From positions 62,001 to 126,000 of the forward strand of contig BAAIJX010000031.1 of assembly GCA_054600435.1 (NCBI GenBank): a stretch of DNA of 64,000 nt. Reading direction: 5' to 3'. Source of the stretch: Neophaeotheca triangularis (taxonomy: Eukaryota). Each line of letters starts with the position of its first letter. Position 1 is the first letter of the stretch. A program made the position numbers and the translations under genes. The notes under the pieces were generated by a model. It was given only the letters and a program-made list of their open reading frames with translations. It was not told the origin of the DNA and searched no databases. Shown here piece by piece: positions 24,791 through 34,590 of the stretch.

Positions 24791-26695
24791 ATGATTACCT
24801 CTACATTGGCGTCTGGAAAAGGCGCCAGCGGTGCTAGACTCAGCACCCGCTCAATACTGCTCACAAAGACCTACACCACCACCCCCGCCATTCGAAGCAA
24901 CAACAATGCAAACGGCAACGGCAACGGCAAAAAACCCCACCCTTCCCCCGAAGACGCCCGCCAGCAGCGCGAACTCTTCCTCAACGTCCTCAACGCCAAC
25001 GCCACAAAACGCGACGCCAAACAGTACCTTGCGCGCTTCAACGCGCCCCGGCCGTCTAACCCCGTGCAGCCGGAGCCGCGCCGCGATCTGGACCGCGTGG
25101 GAGTGAATTTGGGAGGGTTGTATGAGCCTGCTAGAGCTATTGCGCAGTCTCCCAAGTTCACGCGGTCTGTGGGGCAGGAGAAGGCGGAAGTTGCGGAGGC
25201 TGGGGGGTTGACGCATGTTGCTGTTGTGTCGTTGAGGGAGCCTGACAGGGTGGATGATGCCACGCTTGAGGGCCTGGCGTTGACGCTTTGTCAGTTGGTC
25301 AAGTTGGATATGAAGATTGTGCTGGTGGCGCCGGTTGGAAGGGATGGGGGCCAGGGCGAGAGGTTGGAGGCGGCTGTGACCAGGCATAATCCTGCTGGGG
25401 CTTGTGTGGTTGCTGGTGCTTTGGAGATCGGGGCTGAGAGGGCGGGTTTGAGTAGGGTGGGTGTTGTGCTGCCGGATTTGATCTTGCGGCCGCTGAAGCG
25501 TGGCGTCGTGCCGATTATTCCTGACCGGGCTTACACGCCTTCTGGTCAGCAGAAGCGCGTTTCCAATGGGGATGTCATGGTTGCTTTGACGGAGCAGTTT
25601 TCAGGGCTCAGGGATGAAGCGTTTGGTGGAGAATCATCTGAACGCCCGCGGCTTTCTCTGGACCGCATTATCATTCTAGATCCCGAGGGTGGTCTACCTA
25701 GCAGCTACAGAGGTGGAGGAAGACACGTGTTTGTCAATCTCGAACAGGAATACGACGACATTGAGCATGAGCTCCGAACCGAGCCGGATCGAAAAGGCGC
25801 CTCTTCAGCCTTTGCAACAGGCAACCACCTCGACAACCTAAAAGTCACTCAACGCTGCCTAGCAATGCTCCCTTCGGCTTCTTCGGCCCTAATAATCGCC
25901 CCAGAAGAAGCCGCAAGCTCGTCCCGTGCCAAAAAGGGCGATTCCCTAGGAACGGGCACACGACCCCAGAAGAACACCCTAATCCACAACCTCCTAACCA
26001 ACAAGCCAACCATCTCGTCCTCCCTCCCCGTCGCCCGCATGCCATCACCCACCACCACCACCACCACCACATCCCCACCATCTCCCTCTACCGCCACCCT
26101 CCTCAAACGCGGCATGCCCCTCACAATCATCCCCCACACCACCCGCGGCACCGGCTGGACACCCCCTCCCTCCGGCAGCACCCCACTAAACCTCGCCACG
26201 GACCCTTCAGTCGACTTCCCCCGCCTCCTGCACCTCATCGAAAACTCCTTCCGCCGCAAACTTAACGCGCCCCACTACCTCTCCCGCATCGCCAACCGCA
26301 CAGCCGGCCTAATAGTCGCGGGAAACTACGAAGGTTGCGCGCTCCTAACCTACGAACAACCCCCCAACACTACCTCACCCTCCCGCCTCGTCCCCTACCT
26401 CGACAAGTTCGCCGTCCTACAATCTTCCCAGGGCAGTAGCGGCGTTGCTGACGTGGTCTTTCAGGCTATGGTGCGGACTTGTTTTCCCCGGGGCGTGGTT
26501 TGGAGGTCCCGCAGGGGGAATCCGGTCAATAAGTGGTATTTTGAGCGCGCGGCGGGGAGTTGGCAGTTGCCTGGCGGAGAGTGGACGATGTTCTGGACGG
26601 GCGAGGGGGTTGTCGGGGATAGGCAACGGTGGGAGGATTTTGTCGGGGTTTGTGGGAGTGTTAGGCCTAGTTGGGTGGATGGGAAGATGGATTGA
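24791..26695 (+). CDS. ARG2: Mitochondrial amino-acid N-acetyltransferase (N-acetylglutamate synthase)
   Basis: LFLNVLNANATKRDAKQYL, HVFVNLEQEY, LIHNLLTNKP and a C-terminal NAT domain PYLDKFAV...WRSRRGNPVNKWYFER. The N-terminus resembles a mitochondrial presequence. Confidence 0.92.
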   Translation: MITSTLASGKGASGARLSTRSILLTKTYTTTPAIRSNNNANGNGNGKKPHPSPEDARQQRELFLNVLNANATKRDAKQYLARFNAPRPSNPVQPEPRRDLDRVGVNLGGLYEPARAIAQSPKFTRSVGQEKAEVAEAGGLTHVAVVSLREPDRVDDATLEGLALTLCQLVKLDMKIVLVAPVGRDGGQGERLEAAVTRHNPAGACVVAGALEIGAERAGLSRVGVVLPDLILRPLKRGVVPIIPDRAYTPSGQQKRVSNGDVMVALTEQFSGLRDEAFGGESSERPRLSLDRIIILDPEGGLPSSYRGGGRHVFVNLEQEYDDIEHELRTEPDRKGASSAFATGNHLDNLKVTQRCLAMLPSASSALIIAPEEAASSSRAKKGDSLGTGTRPQKNTLIHNLLTNKPTISSSLPVARMPSPTTTTTTTSPPSPSTATLLKRGMPLTIIPHTTRGTGWTPPPSGSTPLNLATDPSVDFPRLLHLIENSFRRKLNAPHYLSRIANRTAGLIVAGNYEGCALLTYEQPPNTTSPSRLVPYLDKFAVLQSSQGSSGVADVVFQAMVRTCFPRGVVWRSRRGNPVNKWYFERAAGSWQLPGGEWTMFWTGEGVVGDRQRWEDFVGVCGSVRPSWVDGKMD

Positions 26696-27462
26696 ATGAT
26701 TGCTTTTTCTTTTTTTCCTTTTCTTTCGTTTGAGCGGGTGGGTTGGTCTGGTTGGTTCTATTTGGTGGATTGCTCGTCATGCTCTTGAAAGCACTCGTCA
26801 TGGTACTATGCGACCTTTTCTTCGGGGCAACGCAGTGGTGCAGTCGCAATCACATACACCTTATAGTTTAGTGTGTCTGCAATCTATATACTTCCAACTC
26901 CAGACACATCTACTTTTTCCAACCTTCACTACCTACAGAATGGCTCCTCCCATCCGCCGCGCGCGCTCTCACCACCACTCGCCTAAACGCCTCGACAGCT
27001 ACCCACTCCAAACTCTCAACGACAGCCTGAGACCCTGGACCACCTTCCCTCCCACCCCCTTTTTTTTTTTTCCTGAATTCCACCTTTGCAACTCCAATCA
27101 TGCGACAGTCAACCCCAAGGTCCCGCCATCAGCATTATCCCAACCTTTGCAACCAAGCCAAAAACTATGAGTCCGTGTCCCGAGTAAGTTACGTGGAGCC
27201 CGTCCGACCAACCAACCCAACGACAAGGGGTCAAGGATGGGTCCTCACCCCGGTCCAGACAATGAGTTGCACGGCACGGTGGAGAGGGAAGGGGTTCGAG
27301 CTATCGAAACTCGAGGGTATTTTTTCTTCTTTTTCCTCTTTTCCCCCGTGTGTAGTCATGGCCTTCTGCTTTTGAGACGGCCTAGAAGCCACCACCGGCC
27401 TGGGCTTTAGAGGTGCATGGATGTGGGTTCTTGCGCGAGGCGCACGCTTGGGCTGTTGGAGC

Positions 27463-27508
27463 TTTCTTCTTCTTCTCCTTCCTTCCTTCCTTCCTTCCTT
27501 CTTCTCTT
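27463..27508. repeat. (TTC)n/(TTCC)n microsatellite
   Basis: ttcttcttcttctccttccttccttccttccttcctt seen directly. Confidence 0.75.
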
Positions 27509-28250
27509 CGGCTCTGCGTACGCTTCGGGGAGACCCTCGTCTGTACGGAAAACATCGAGATTGTCTCCTTCTCTCTCTCTCTTTTTTTTCCTGACGAGCT
27601 CTGCGTTGCATTCTTCCACACCTGTCGGCAGAGAGAGATAGGCGGAAGAGGGTGGCTGCACGGAAGCAGCATCGTGCTGGACATTGCGTGGACTGGCGCA
27701 GTGGTAGGAACGGTGGATTGCGTGTCTTGCTCGACTCCTTGCTTACTTGGCTCTTGAGCAACGGGATTCCGGAACCCGGGCTTTTGGGGAAAATAGACGA
27801 GAGGGCTTGCGATTGTTGCTACTTTGGCTGAGGACGGGGAGGCCATCGCACGCAGCAGTATCATCGGGGGGTTGGGCGGGACCGGGTGCAGCCATGAATA
27901 CTACCTACCTGAGCACTCGTGCTGGGCACCGCAATGTATAAGAGGATTTTTTCAAGACTGGGTTTTTTTGGCAAGCGGGAGTGAAAACGCCCGAACAACG
28001 TGGCATTGATCATTCAGGGGTTGGTATATACTAAATACGAAAGGGGGAAAAAAAAAACACCCCGTCAATACATGGCGACGGGCGCGACCAGTCCCGAAAG
28101 CGCAAAGGCATCGCAAAACGCCAGGATTTGCTGGTATCACGACTGAGAACACCAACAACAAAAAAAGGGGCCCAAACCCGTTCCGATCGACTCCTAAACT
28201 TCCCGCCACCACCGGCACCCATGCTCGCGTAGAGAAGCACTTCGCCATCT

Positions 28251-31200
28251 CTACTTCACATCTCCCGGCCCAAGCGCTTGGACAACACTAGTCCCGTCCA
28301 TAAACCTTGTCCTAAAGATCCGATTCGCATTCCCAAACATGCCGTCCTTCAAACTGACAACGATAAACTGACTCCCCCTGAACCTCGTGCGAATCAAGCG
28401 GCCAATATTCTGCGTGTGCGAGAGATCGAGGGCGGCGTCCACCTCGTCGAGAATGTACATGGGAGCCGGAGAGTACTGCAGCAGCGCGAGGATGAGGGAC
28501 AGGGCGATGAGCGAGCGCTGGCCGCCGGAGAGCTCGGTCAGGGACTGCTTCCAGACTTTGCCGAGGCAGACTTTGACTTCGAGGCCTTCTGAGATGGTTT
28601 TGCCGTCGGGAGGGTCGAGTTTGGCCGTGTTGCCCGGTAGGAGGTCGTTGAAGATGAGGCCGAAGTCTTGGTTGACTTTGCTCCAGGTCTTGTGCAGGGC
28701 CTGTTTCTTGTATTCGTCAAGGCTGGAGATTGTTTCTTCGATTTTGCTCTTGTCGCGGATTACCGTGCGCATCATGGTTTTGAGCGCGGTTTCCTTCTTC
28801 TCCACACTGTCGATTGTTGCCATTACTGCTGGATTGATTTTCTTTTTCATAGTTTGGAAGCGTTCTTGGAGGGTCTTGAGCGTGGTGCGGTGGGAGGACA
28901 TGTTTTGGTTGGTGAAGTCGTAGGGGGTGTTGGGTTTACCAAAGGCAGAACGCTCTTCCAGCAGCCAGTCATGCTCCTTTTCTAGCGTCGTAAGGGCGGC
29001 TTGGGCGGATTGCTGCGCTTTGCTGAAGTTGTCGAGCTGGTGGCCGAGCTTTTGCGCCTCAAGCTTTTCGTCGGCTATTTGTTGGGTCTTGCCTTTGGAG
29101 GCGCGTTCTATCTCGGTGATTTCTTCGTCGAAGCCGGTGAGCTTGGCTCGCTCGTCGTTGAGGGTTGCGGCGGCCTCGTCGTGGGCGAGTTGCGCTTGTT
29201 CGGATTCGTGAGAGAGGTCGGCAACTTCTTCCTTGTGGGACACAACAGTGCTCTGGCAGTCGGAGAGCTCTTCCTGGGCAGCGGCGAGGTCGCTACCAGT
29301 CTGTTCGGCGTCAATGGAGGCGTCTCGCATCTCTTGTTGGAGAGGCTTGACAGTGCCCTGAGCGGATGACAGAGCCTTCTTCAGTTTCTCGAGATCACCT
29401 TGCAGTTGGTCTAGCTTTCCAGTTTTGTTGGATGAGAAATCCTTCATATCCTTTTCAATTCTTTTGACATCACTCTCCGCATCTGCGCTGCGCTTCTTAA
29501 CCTCCTGTATCAGTGTCTTTAACCCAGCGATCGTCTCCTTCATCTCTTGAACCGAGGCGATGATGCTGCTCGACGAATTCGAAGCAATCTGAGACTCTGC
29601 CAGCTGGATTTCGTGTGCCTTCAAGTCCAACTCCTGCTTGATCTGCTTTGCCGACTGCAATTTTTGAGCATCCTTTTGTAGAGCACGGTCAATCTTTTCG
29701 AGCTTGTCTTGCTCTTGAGCGAGTTCGTGGGTGATGGCATTAAGCTTCTGCAAGGTCAATAGTACACCACTTCCTTGCGCAGCAGAGCCACCAGAAAGCG
29801 TACCACTAGGGTCGTAAACATCGCCTTCAAGCGTCACACTCTTGAGTCTCACAGAAGGGTCGAATGTGACCTTCTTCGCAGTCGAGGCATCAGCGCACAC
29901 AAGAGTGTTGCCAAAGACAAACTCCATGGCCTTTTCAACTTCATGCTCGTACCCCACGAGTGTGAGTGCCAAGTCCACCTTACCAGGGGCTAGCTTCTGA
30001 GCAGCACTGACTCTGTCCGCAGGTGCCCTTGAAGCCGAAATCTTGTCGAGGGGAACGATGGTTACACGTCGCCTCAGCTTGCCGTTTTGGAGTAGCTCCG
30101 TACCAGTGTTGGCAGCATCGACTACCACGTTGTATAATCTGCCTCCAGCGGCGATCTCCAGCGCGGTACCGGCATCTGCCTTGTCTTCGGGAAGGTGAAA
30201 AAGCTGGGCTACGAGGCCCTTCACACGCCTTCTGTCGAAGTTGGGTGATGGATCCGAATAGGAAAAGTCGAGCCCAGCCACCTTTCTTCGTAGCCCTTCA
30301 GCATCGCTAGTGAGCACTCGTATCCGCTTCTCGAGTCGACCCTTTTCGGCTTGTTGTTCTTCCTCGCGTCCCGGCTCGTAGCCTAGTTTCTCAAGCTCCT
30401 TCTCTAGCCTGCTAGCCTGCGATCGCAGACTCTCCAAGTCCTTCAGCAAGCCGGCATTCTCCTTTTCTGCCTTCTTTGCTCTGGGTTCGTCTTCTTTGAT
30501 TCTCGCCTCTAGATGGCTAATTTTCAGTTTCGATTGTTCAATCTCCGTACCGGCTCTGCTTGCAGCATCGCGCGCGGCGGTCAATTGACCAGCATAACCA
30601 CCGTCCGAACCAGCATTCGAGGAGATACCAGTCTGTAGCGTCTGCAACAGCTCTTCCTTCTGCTCGACCTCGGCCTTTTGCTTCTCAAGCTCACTGTTGG
30701 ACTCTTCGAAGCGCTGTTTCAGCTTCTCATGAGCTTGGGACTTCTGTCTTAGTTGTTTTTCGAGATCCGCAACGTTGCCTTGTGCCTTCTTCAGGCGCTC
30801 CTCTTCTTCGGTCATGGAGGCCTTCTTCAGATCCAGCTGAGTCGCTAACCGCACCAGTTCATGCGAGTGAGTCTTGACAGCATCCTCCAACTTTGCAAAC
30901 TTGCCACCCTTTCGCAGCTCCTTGTCCCTCGCAGCGCGCACCTTCTCCATGTCCTCTTCCAGCACACCAATTTCTCTTCGTAACCGCTCGGCATTTTCCT
31001 CCAATTCCGTCGCTCGCTCCCGTTTCGAAGCCAGATCGCTGGCGCTCTGTTCGACCTTCTGCTTAGACTTGACATAATCATATGCGACTACCAGCTTCGT
31101 CAAGCGCTCCAGGTCCGACTGTGTACTCTGAAACTCCAAGAAAGCTCTCTTCTCATTCCTCAGCTTGTCCAGCTTCGGTTCGATCTCTTCCTTCAACAGC

Positions 31201-31793
31201 CCCTCAAGCTCCTGCACCTTGGCTTCCTTCTTCGCCATGGTTTTGAACGCCTTCTCCCGCCTATCCTCGAACATGCGCGTACCAGCCGCCTCCTCAACCA
31301 TCCCCAGAATCTCCGTACTCTTCATGTTCAACACTTTAGTGATCCGTCCCTGCATGATCAGGAAATTCGGGTTGTTGATATTCAGCTGCACGCTCTGGAA
31401 CAAATTTTGCACCGTCTGCTGCTGCGCCCGGTGGCCATTGATGAGGTACTTGCTCGTTCCCCCGAGCACGATCTGGCGTGTGACGCTGATCGAGGCATAG
31501 TCCTCGAAACCTATCGGCGACTTGGCCTTGTCGCTGTTGTCGAAGACCAACGTGACGCTGGCCTTGGTGATGCCCGCCTGTCCACGTTTGTAGATAAGAT
31601 CGCTGGCGCCTCCATTCGCTCGAAGTAGTTCGAAACGTCCAATTCCCAGGCAGAAGCAGATTGCGTCGAGAATGTTGGATTTCCCAGATCCGTTCAGGCC
31701 AGTAATGGCGTTGAATGTTTGGTCCCAGGGCGAGATGACGGTGCGCACGGCGTAGGACTTGAAGCCGTCGATGATGAGCTCCGTGATGCGCAT
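28251..31793 (-). CDS. SMC2: Condensin subunit SMC2, intronless, 1180 aa
   Basis: Walker A ITGLNGSGKSNILDAICF, coiled coils, hinge (GGRLYNVVV, TLEGDVYDPSGTLSGG), signature LSGGQRSL and Walker B ILDEVDAALD. Confidence 0.97.
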   Translation of the reverse strand: MRITELIIDGFKSYAVRTVISPWDQTFNAITGLNGSGKSNILDAICFCLGIGRFELLRANGGASDLIYKRGQAGITKASVTLVFDNSDKAKSPIGFEDYASISVTRQIVLGGTSKYLINGHRAQQQTVQNLFQSVQLNINNPNFLIMQGRITKVLNMKSTEILGMVEEAAGTRMFEDRREKAFKTMAKKEAKVQELEGLLKEEIEPKLDKLRNEKRAFLEFQSTQSDLERLTKLVVAYDYVKSKQKVEQSASDLASKRERATELEENAERLRREIGVLEEDMEKVRAARDKELRKGGKFAKLEDAVKTHSHELVRLATQLDLKKASMTEEEERLKKAQGNVADLEKQLRQKSQAHEKLKQRFEESNSELEKQKAEVEQKEELLQTLQTGISSNAGSDGGYAGQLTAARDAASRAGTEIEQSKLKISHLEARIKEDEPRAKKAEKENAGLLKDLESLRSQASRLEKELEKLGYEPGREEEQQAEKGRLEKRIRVLTSDAEGLRRKVAGLDFSYSDPSPNFDRRRVKGLVAQLFHLPEDKADAGTALEIAAGGRLYNVVVDAANTGTELLQNGKLRRRVTIVPLDKISASRAPADRVSAAQKLAPGKVDLALTLVGYEHEVEKAMEFVFGNTLVCADASTAKKVTFDPSVRLKSVTLEGDVYDPSGTLSGGSAAQGSGVLLTLQKLNAITHELAQEQDKLEKIDRALQKDAQKLQSAKQIKQELDLKAHEIQLAESQIASNSSSSIIASVQEMKETIAGLKTLIQEVKKRSADAESDVKRIEKDMKDFSSNKTGKLDQLQGDLEKLKKALSSAQGTVKPLQQEMRDASIDAEQTGSDLAAAQEELSDCQSTVVSHKEEVADLSHESEQAQLAHDEAAATLNDERAKLTGFDEEITEIERASKGKTQQIADEKLEAQKLGHQLDNFSKAQQSAQAALTTLEKEHDWLLEERSAFGKPNTPYDFTNQNMSSHRTTLKTLQERFQTMKKKINPAVMATIDSVEKKETALKTMMRTVIRDKSKIEETISSLDEYKKQALHKTWSKVNQDFGLIFNDLLPGNTAKLDPPDGKTISEGLEVKVCLGKVWKQSLTELSGGQRSLIALSLILALLQYSPAPMYILDEVDAALDLSHTQNIGRLIRTRFRGSQFIVVSLKDGMFGNANRIFRTRFMDGTSVVQALGPGDVK

Positions 31794-31914
31794 GGTGGAG
31801 GTATTGGCCGAAAGATGCGATGCGCCCGCACTGGATGAAGGAGGTCGGCCTTTGGTTCAGTGTCCACTGCGCATGTCATCGAAGTTGTCGCATTCATTGT
31901 TTGGTTTCGATGTT

Positions 31915-31970
31915 GACGCGGGCGTAAACAACGGCGCGGGGAACCTTCCGCACTTTACGCGCTAGCGCGA
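31915..31970. promoter_or_regulatory. Forkhead site GTAAACA plus MCB-like ACGCG cores upstream of SMC2
   Basis: gacgcgggcgtaaacaacggcgcg...ttacgcgctagcgcg, with GTAAACA at 31924-31930. Confidence 0.4.
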
Positions 31971-32593
31971 AGTCTCGTGACGGAGGAGGTATATATGTCT
32001 TGGCGAGCACCTCGTTCAACTCAACCAACCTACGCACTCATTCAAGGTCCCCTGCCATGATTTACATGCAGGACCCCATGCACACTCATATGGTTACTAA
32101 CACTCTGGAGATCACTCTGGATCGGCCGAGGTGGCTTAAAGGGTCGTGTGGCACCCAAACGTAGCCATCCAGCTGACTGCAATGGAGCCTATCAGATGGA
32201 CGCATTACCGGAGGCCATCACTACGTCTACTCGGAAGGCAGTTAAGTGAGGTCTTCGGATAGCCATGTCTCAAAGCGGCCATCGCTTCTCTGCTCATCTG
32301 TTGTGCCGCAGCGTGTCTACTCGACGCCGAAACTTCAACAATCCTAGGTAATGTGTCACTTTACTTTCGCCCCTGGATCTCTCGAGGTAACTTCACTCAT
32401 TTCCACTCTGTTTCTCAACCCTCTAACCTTGATTTTCGATATTCTGGACCGAATCAACGTCTCGATCAGGGACTGTGCTACAGACCATGTCGCGTTTTCA
32501 CTACTCAGTAGCAATCCAGATTGATCGACAGACTTCTTTTAGCCGGCATTCCCCAACCGCCCGCCATTTCCTGATGAGCGCATCTTCCTTTCA

Positions 32594-32740
32594 CTTATCT
32601 GCAATGAGTGCATAATCGCTCTAGACCCCCCCCCTCCCCCGAGAACGTAGGTCTTTTACTACTCTATCCCGCGCAAACTTGCTCACAGCCAACACTTGCG
32701 AAGTGACCGGCACTGATAGCTGCAAAATAAGGCATTATCT
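32594..32740. promoter_or_regulatory. HGATAR sites upstream of the siderophore transporter
   Basis: CTTATCTG at 32594, TGATAG at 32714 and TTATCT at 32735. Confidence 0.45.
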
Positions 32741-32862
32741 GGAATACAAAATGGTGCTCTTCGTTTTCCTGTTCTTCGACCTAGATCCCTGAAAGCATTA
32801 TTTTCACCTCCAGCGGCAGGATTAATGGAATTTCCGACTTGACCCTCTCTGCACTTTCTATC

Positions 32863-34590
32863 ATGCCGACTAACCAGACAATACCTGGCAAGGAGCCCAT
32901 CAGTGAGGATATCGAACTACACACGCCCATCGAACAAGATCAAGATCACTCGACAGACACGCAAGCCCAGGCAGGAGTCCAGAATATTCAAGCAATCACG
33001 ACAGTCTGGAGCAAGAGGGCACTACTATCAGCCTACATACTTATATGGCTGATTTACTTCGTCGAAGGCATGCTCGCCCAGACTCAGGGAGCTCTATTGC
33101 CATTCGTTACCTCTTCGTTCGCCTCGCATTCCCTCACGCCGACCGTCAGCATTGTGAGCAGCGTAATGAGTGGCTGCGCGAATTTCACCATTGCCAAACT
33201 TCTCGACGTCTTCGGCAGACAACATGGCTTCTTGATGTGTACCATTCTGGCTACAATCGGCTTGGTTATGATGGCAGCGTGTCAGCAAGTTGAAGCTTAC
33301 GCTGCAGCTCAAGTCTTCTCCACCATTGGCAACAACGGCTTGCAGTACACCATCAGTGTAATTATTGCAGATTCCACCTCCCTCCGCAACCGCGGTCTCG
33401 TCCAGGCAATCGCTTCCTCTCCAAATATAATCACCTGCTGGCTCGCCGGACCAATCTCTACAGGCTTCCTCAACGGCCCCGGTTGGCCATGGGCTTTCGG
33501 CATGTTCTCCATACTGGTGCCGGTCTTCGCGGCACCTCTATACGGCCTGTTACAATGGCATTTCCGCAAAGCAGTCAAGCAGGACCTCGTACCCAAGCGT
33601 GAGCGTTCCCGCACGTTCTGGCAATCGACAGTCTATCACGCGCGAGAGTTCGACGCACTCGGTCTCATCCTGCTATCAGCCGGCGTCGCCCTTTTCCTCC
33701 TACCCTTCAACCTCTACAGCCTGCAAGCAACCGGCTGGAACTCTCCTATGATGATCTGCTTCCTCGTCTCTGGCGTTGCGCTCCTCATAATCTTCATCCT
33801 GTGGGAGCGATTCCTAGCCTCCGTGACCTTCATCCCGTACACCATGCTCACCGACCGCACCGTACTCGGCGCCTGCCTTCTCTCAGCCGTCATCTTCTTC
33901 AGCAACGCCTGCTGGGCCGCCTTCTTCTCCTCCTTCCTGCAAGTCGTCCAAAATCTCTCCATAACCGAATCCAGCTACCTCCTCCAAATCACCACCGTCG
34001 GCACCGTTCTCCTCTCCCTCGCAACCGGCGCCCTAATCCATTACACCTCGCATTTCAAAAAGTTAACCCTCTACATCGCTCTCCCCCTCAGCATCCTAGG
34101 CACGGGTCTCATGATCCACTTCCGCCACCCGCACCAAAGCATCGGCTACCTCATCCTCGCGCAGCTTTTCATAGCCGCTAGCAGCGGCATCATCGTCACC
34201 ACAACCCTGATAGCCGTCTGCTCAGCCATAGCACACCAACACATCGCCGTCGCCATTGCCCTCGTCTCCTTCAGCGGCAGTCTCGGCAGCGCCATCGGCC
34301 TGACCGTTGCTTCGGCAATCTGGCAGACCAGTTTCCCCACTGCCTTGGCTACTTACCTCCCCGTCGAAGAGGCGGAGAATTTTGTCATGATCTACGCGGA
34401 TTTGGCCACGCAGCTGGCATATCCGGTCGGGTCCGCGGGGAGGCGGGCGGTGCAGCTTGCGTATGGGGTTGCGCAGAGGGATTTGCTGATTGCGGCGACG
34501 GTGGTGTGGGGGGTTGGTGTAGTCGCGGTAGTTTTGTGGCGAGATGTGGATGTTCGGGGCGTGCGGCAGGGTAAAGGGATGGTTTTCTAG
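32863..34590 (+). CDS. MFS siderophore-iron transporter (SIT/ARN, MirB-like)
   Basis: AQAGVQNIQAITTVWSK, PFVTSSFASHSL, AKLLDVFGR, IADSTSLRNRGL, GWPWAFG and YADLATQLAYPVGS, with about 14 TM segments. Confidence 0.9.
   Translation: MPTNQTIPGKEPISEDIELHTPIEQDQDHSTDTQAQAGVQNIQAITTVWSKRALLSAYILIWLIYFVEGMLAQTQGALLPFVTSSFASHSLTPTVSIVSSVMSGCANFTIAKLLDVFGRQHGFLMCTILATIGLVMMAACQQVEAYAAAQVFSTIGNNGLQYTISVIIADSTSLRNRGLVQAIASSPNIITCWLAGPISTGFLNGPGWPWAFGMFSILVPVFAAPLYGLLQWHFRKAVKQDLVPKRERSRTFWQSTVYHAREFDALGLILLSAGVALFLLPFNLYSLQATGWNSPMMICFLVSGVALLIIFILWERFLASVTFIPYTMLTDRTVLGACLLSAVIFFSNACWAAFFSSFLQVVQNLSITESSYLLQITTVGTVLLSLATGALIHYTSHFKKLTLYIALPLSILGTGLMIHFRHPHQSIGYLILAQLFIAASSGIIVTTTLIAVCSAIAHQHIAVAIALVSFSGSLGSAIGLTVASAIWQTSFPTALATYLPVEEAENFVMIYADLATQLAYPVGSAGRRAVQLAYGVAQRDLLIAATVVWGVGVVAVVLWRDVDVRGVRQGKGMVF

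Noticed and set aside
28110..28160. TPP riboswitch-like CTGAGA motif
   Set aside because: It lacks the downstream CUUGAU/GAUAAU...AGCG elements and is not in a thiamine-gene intron.
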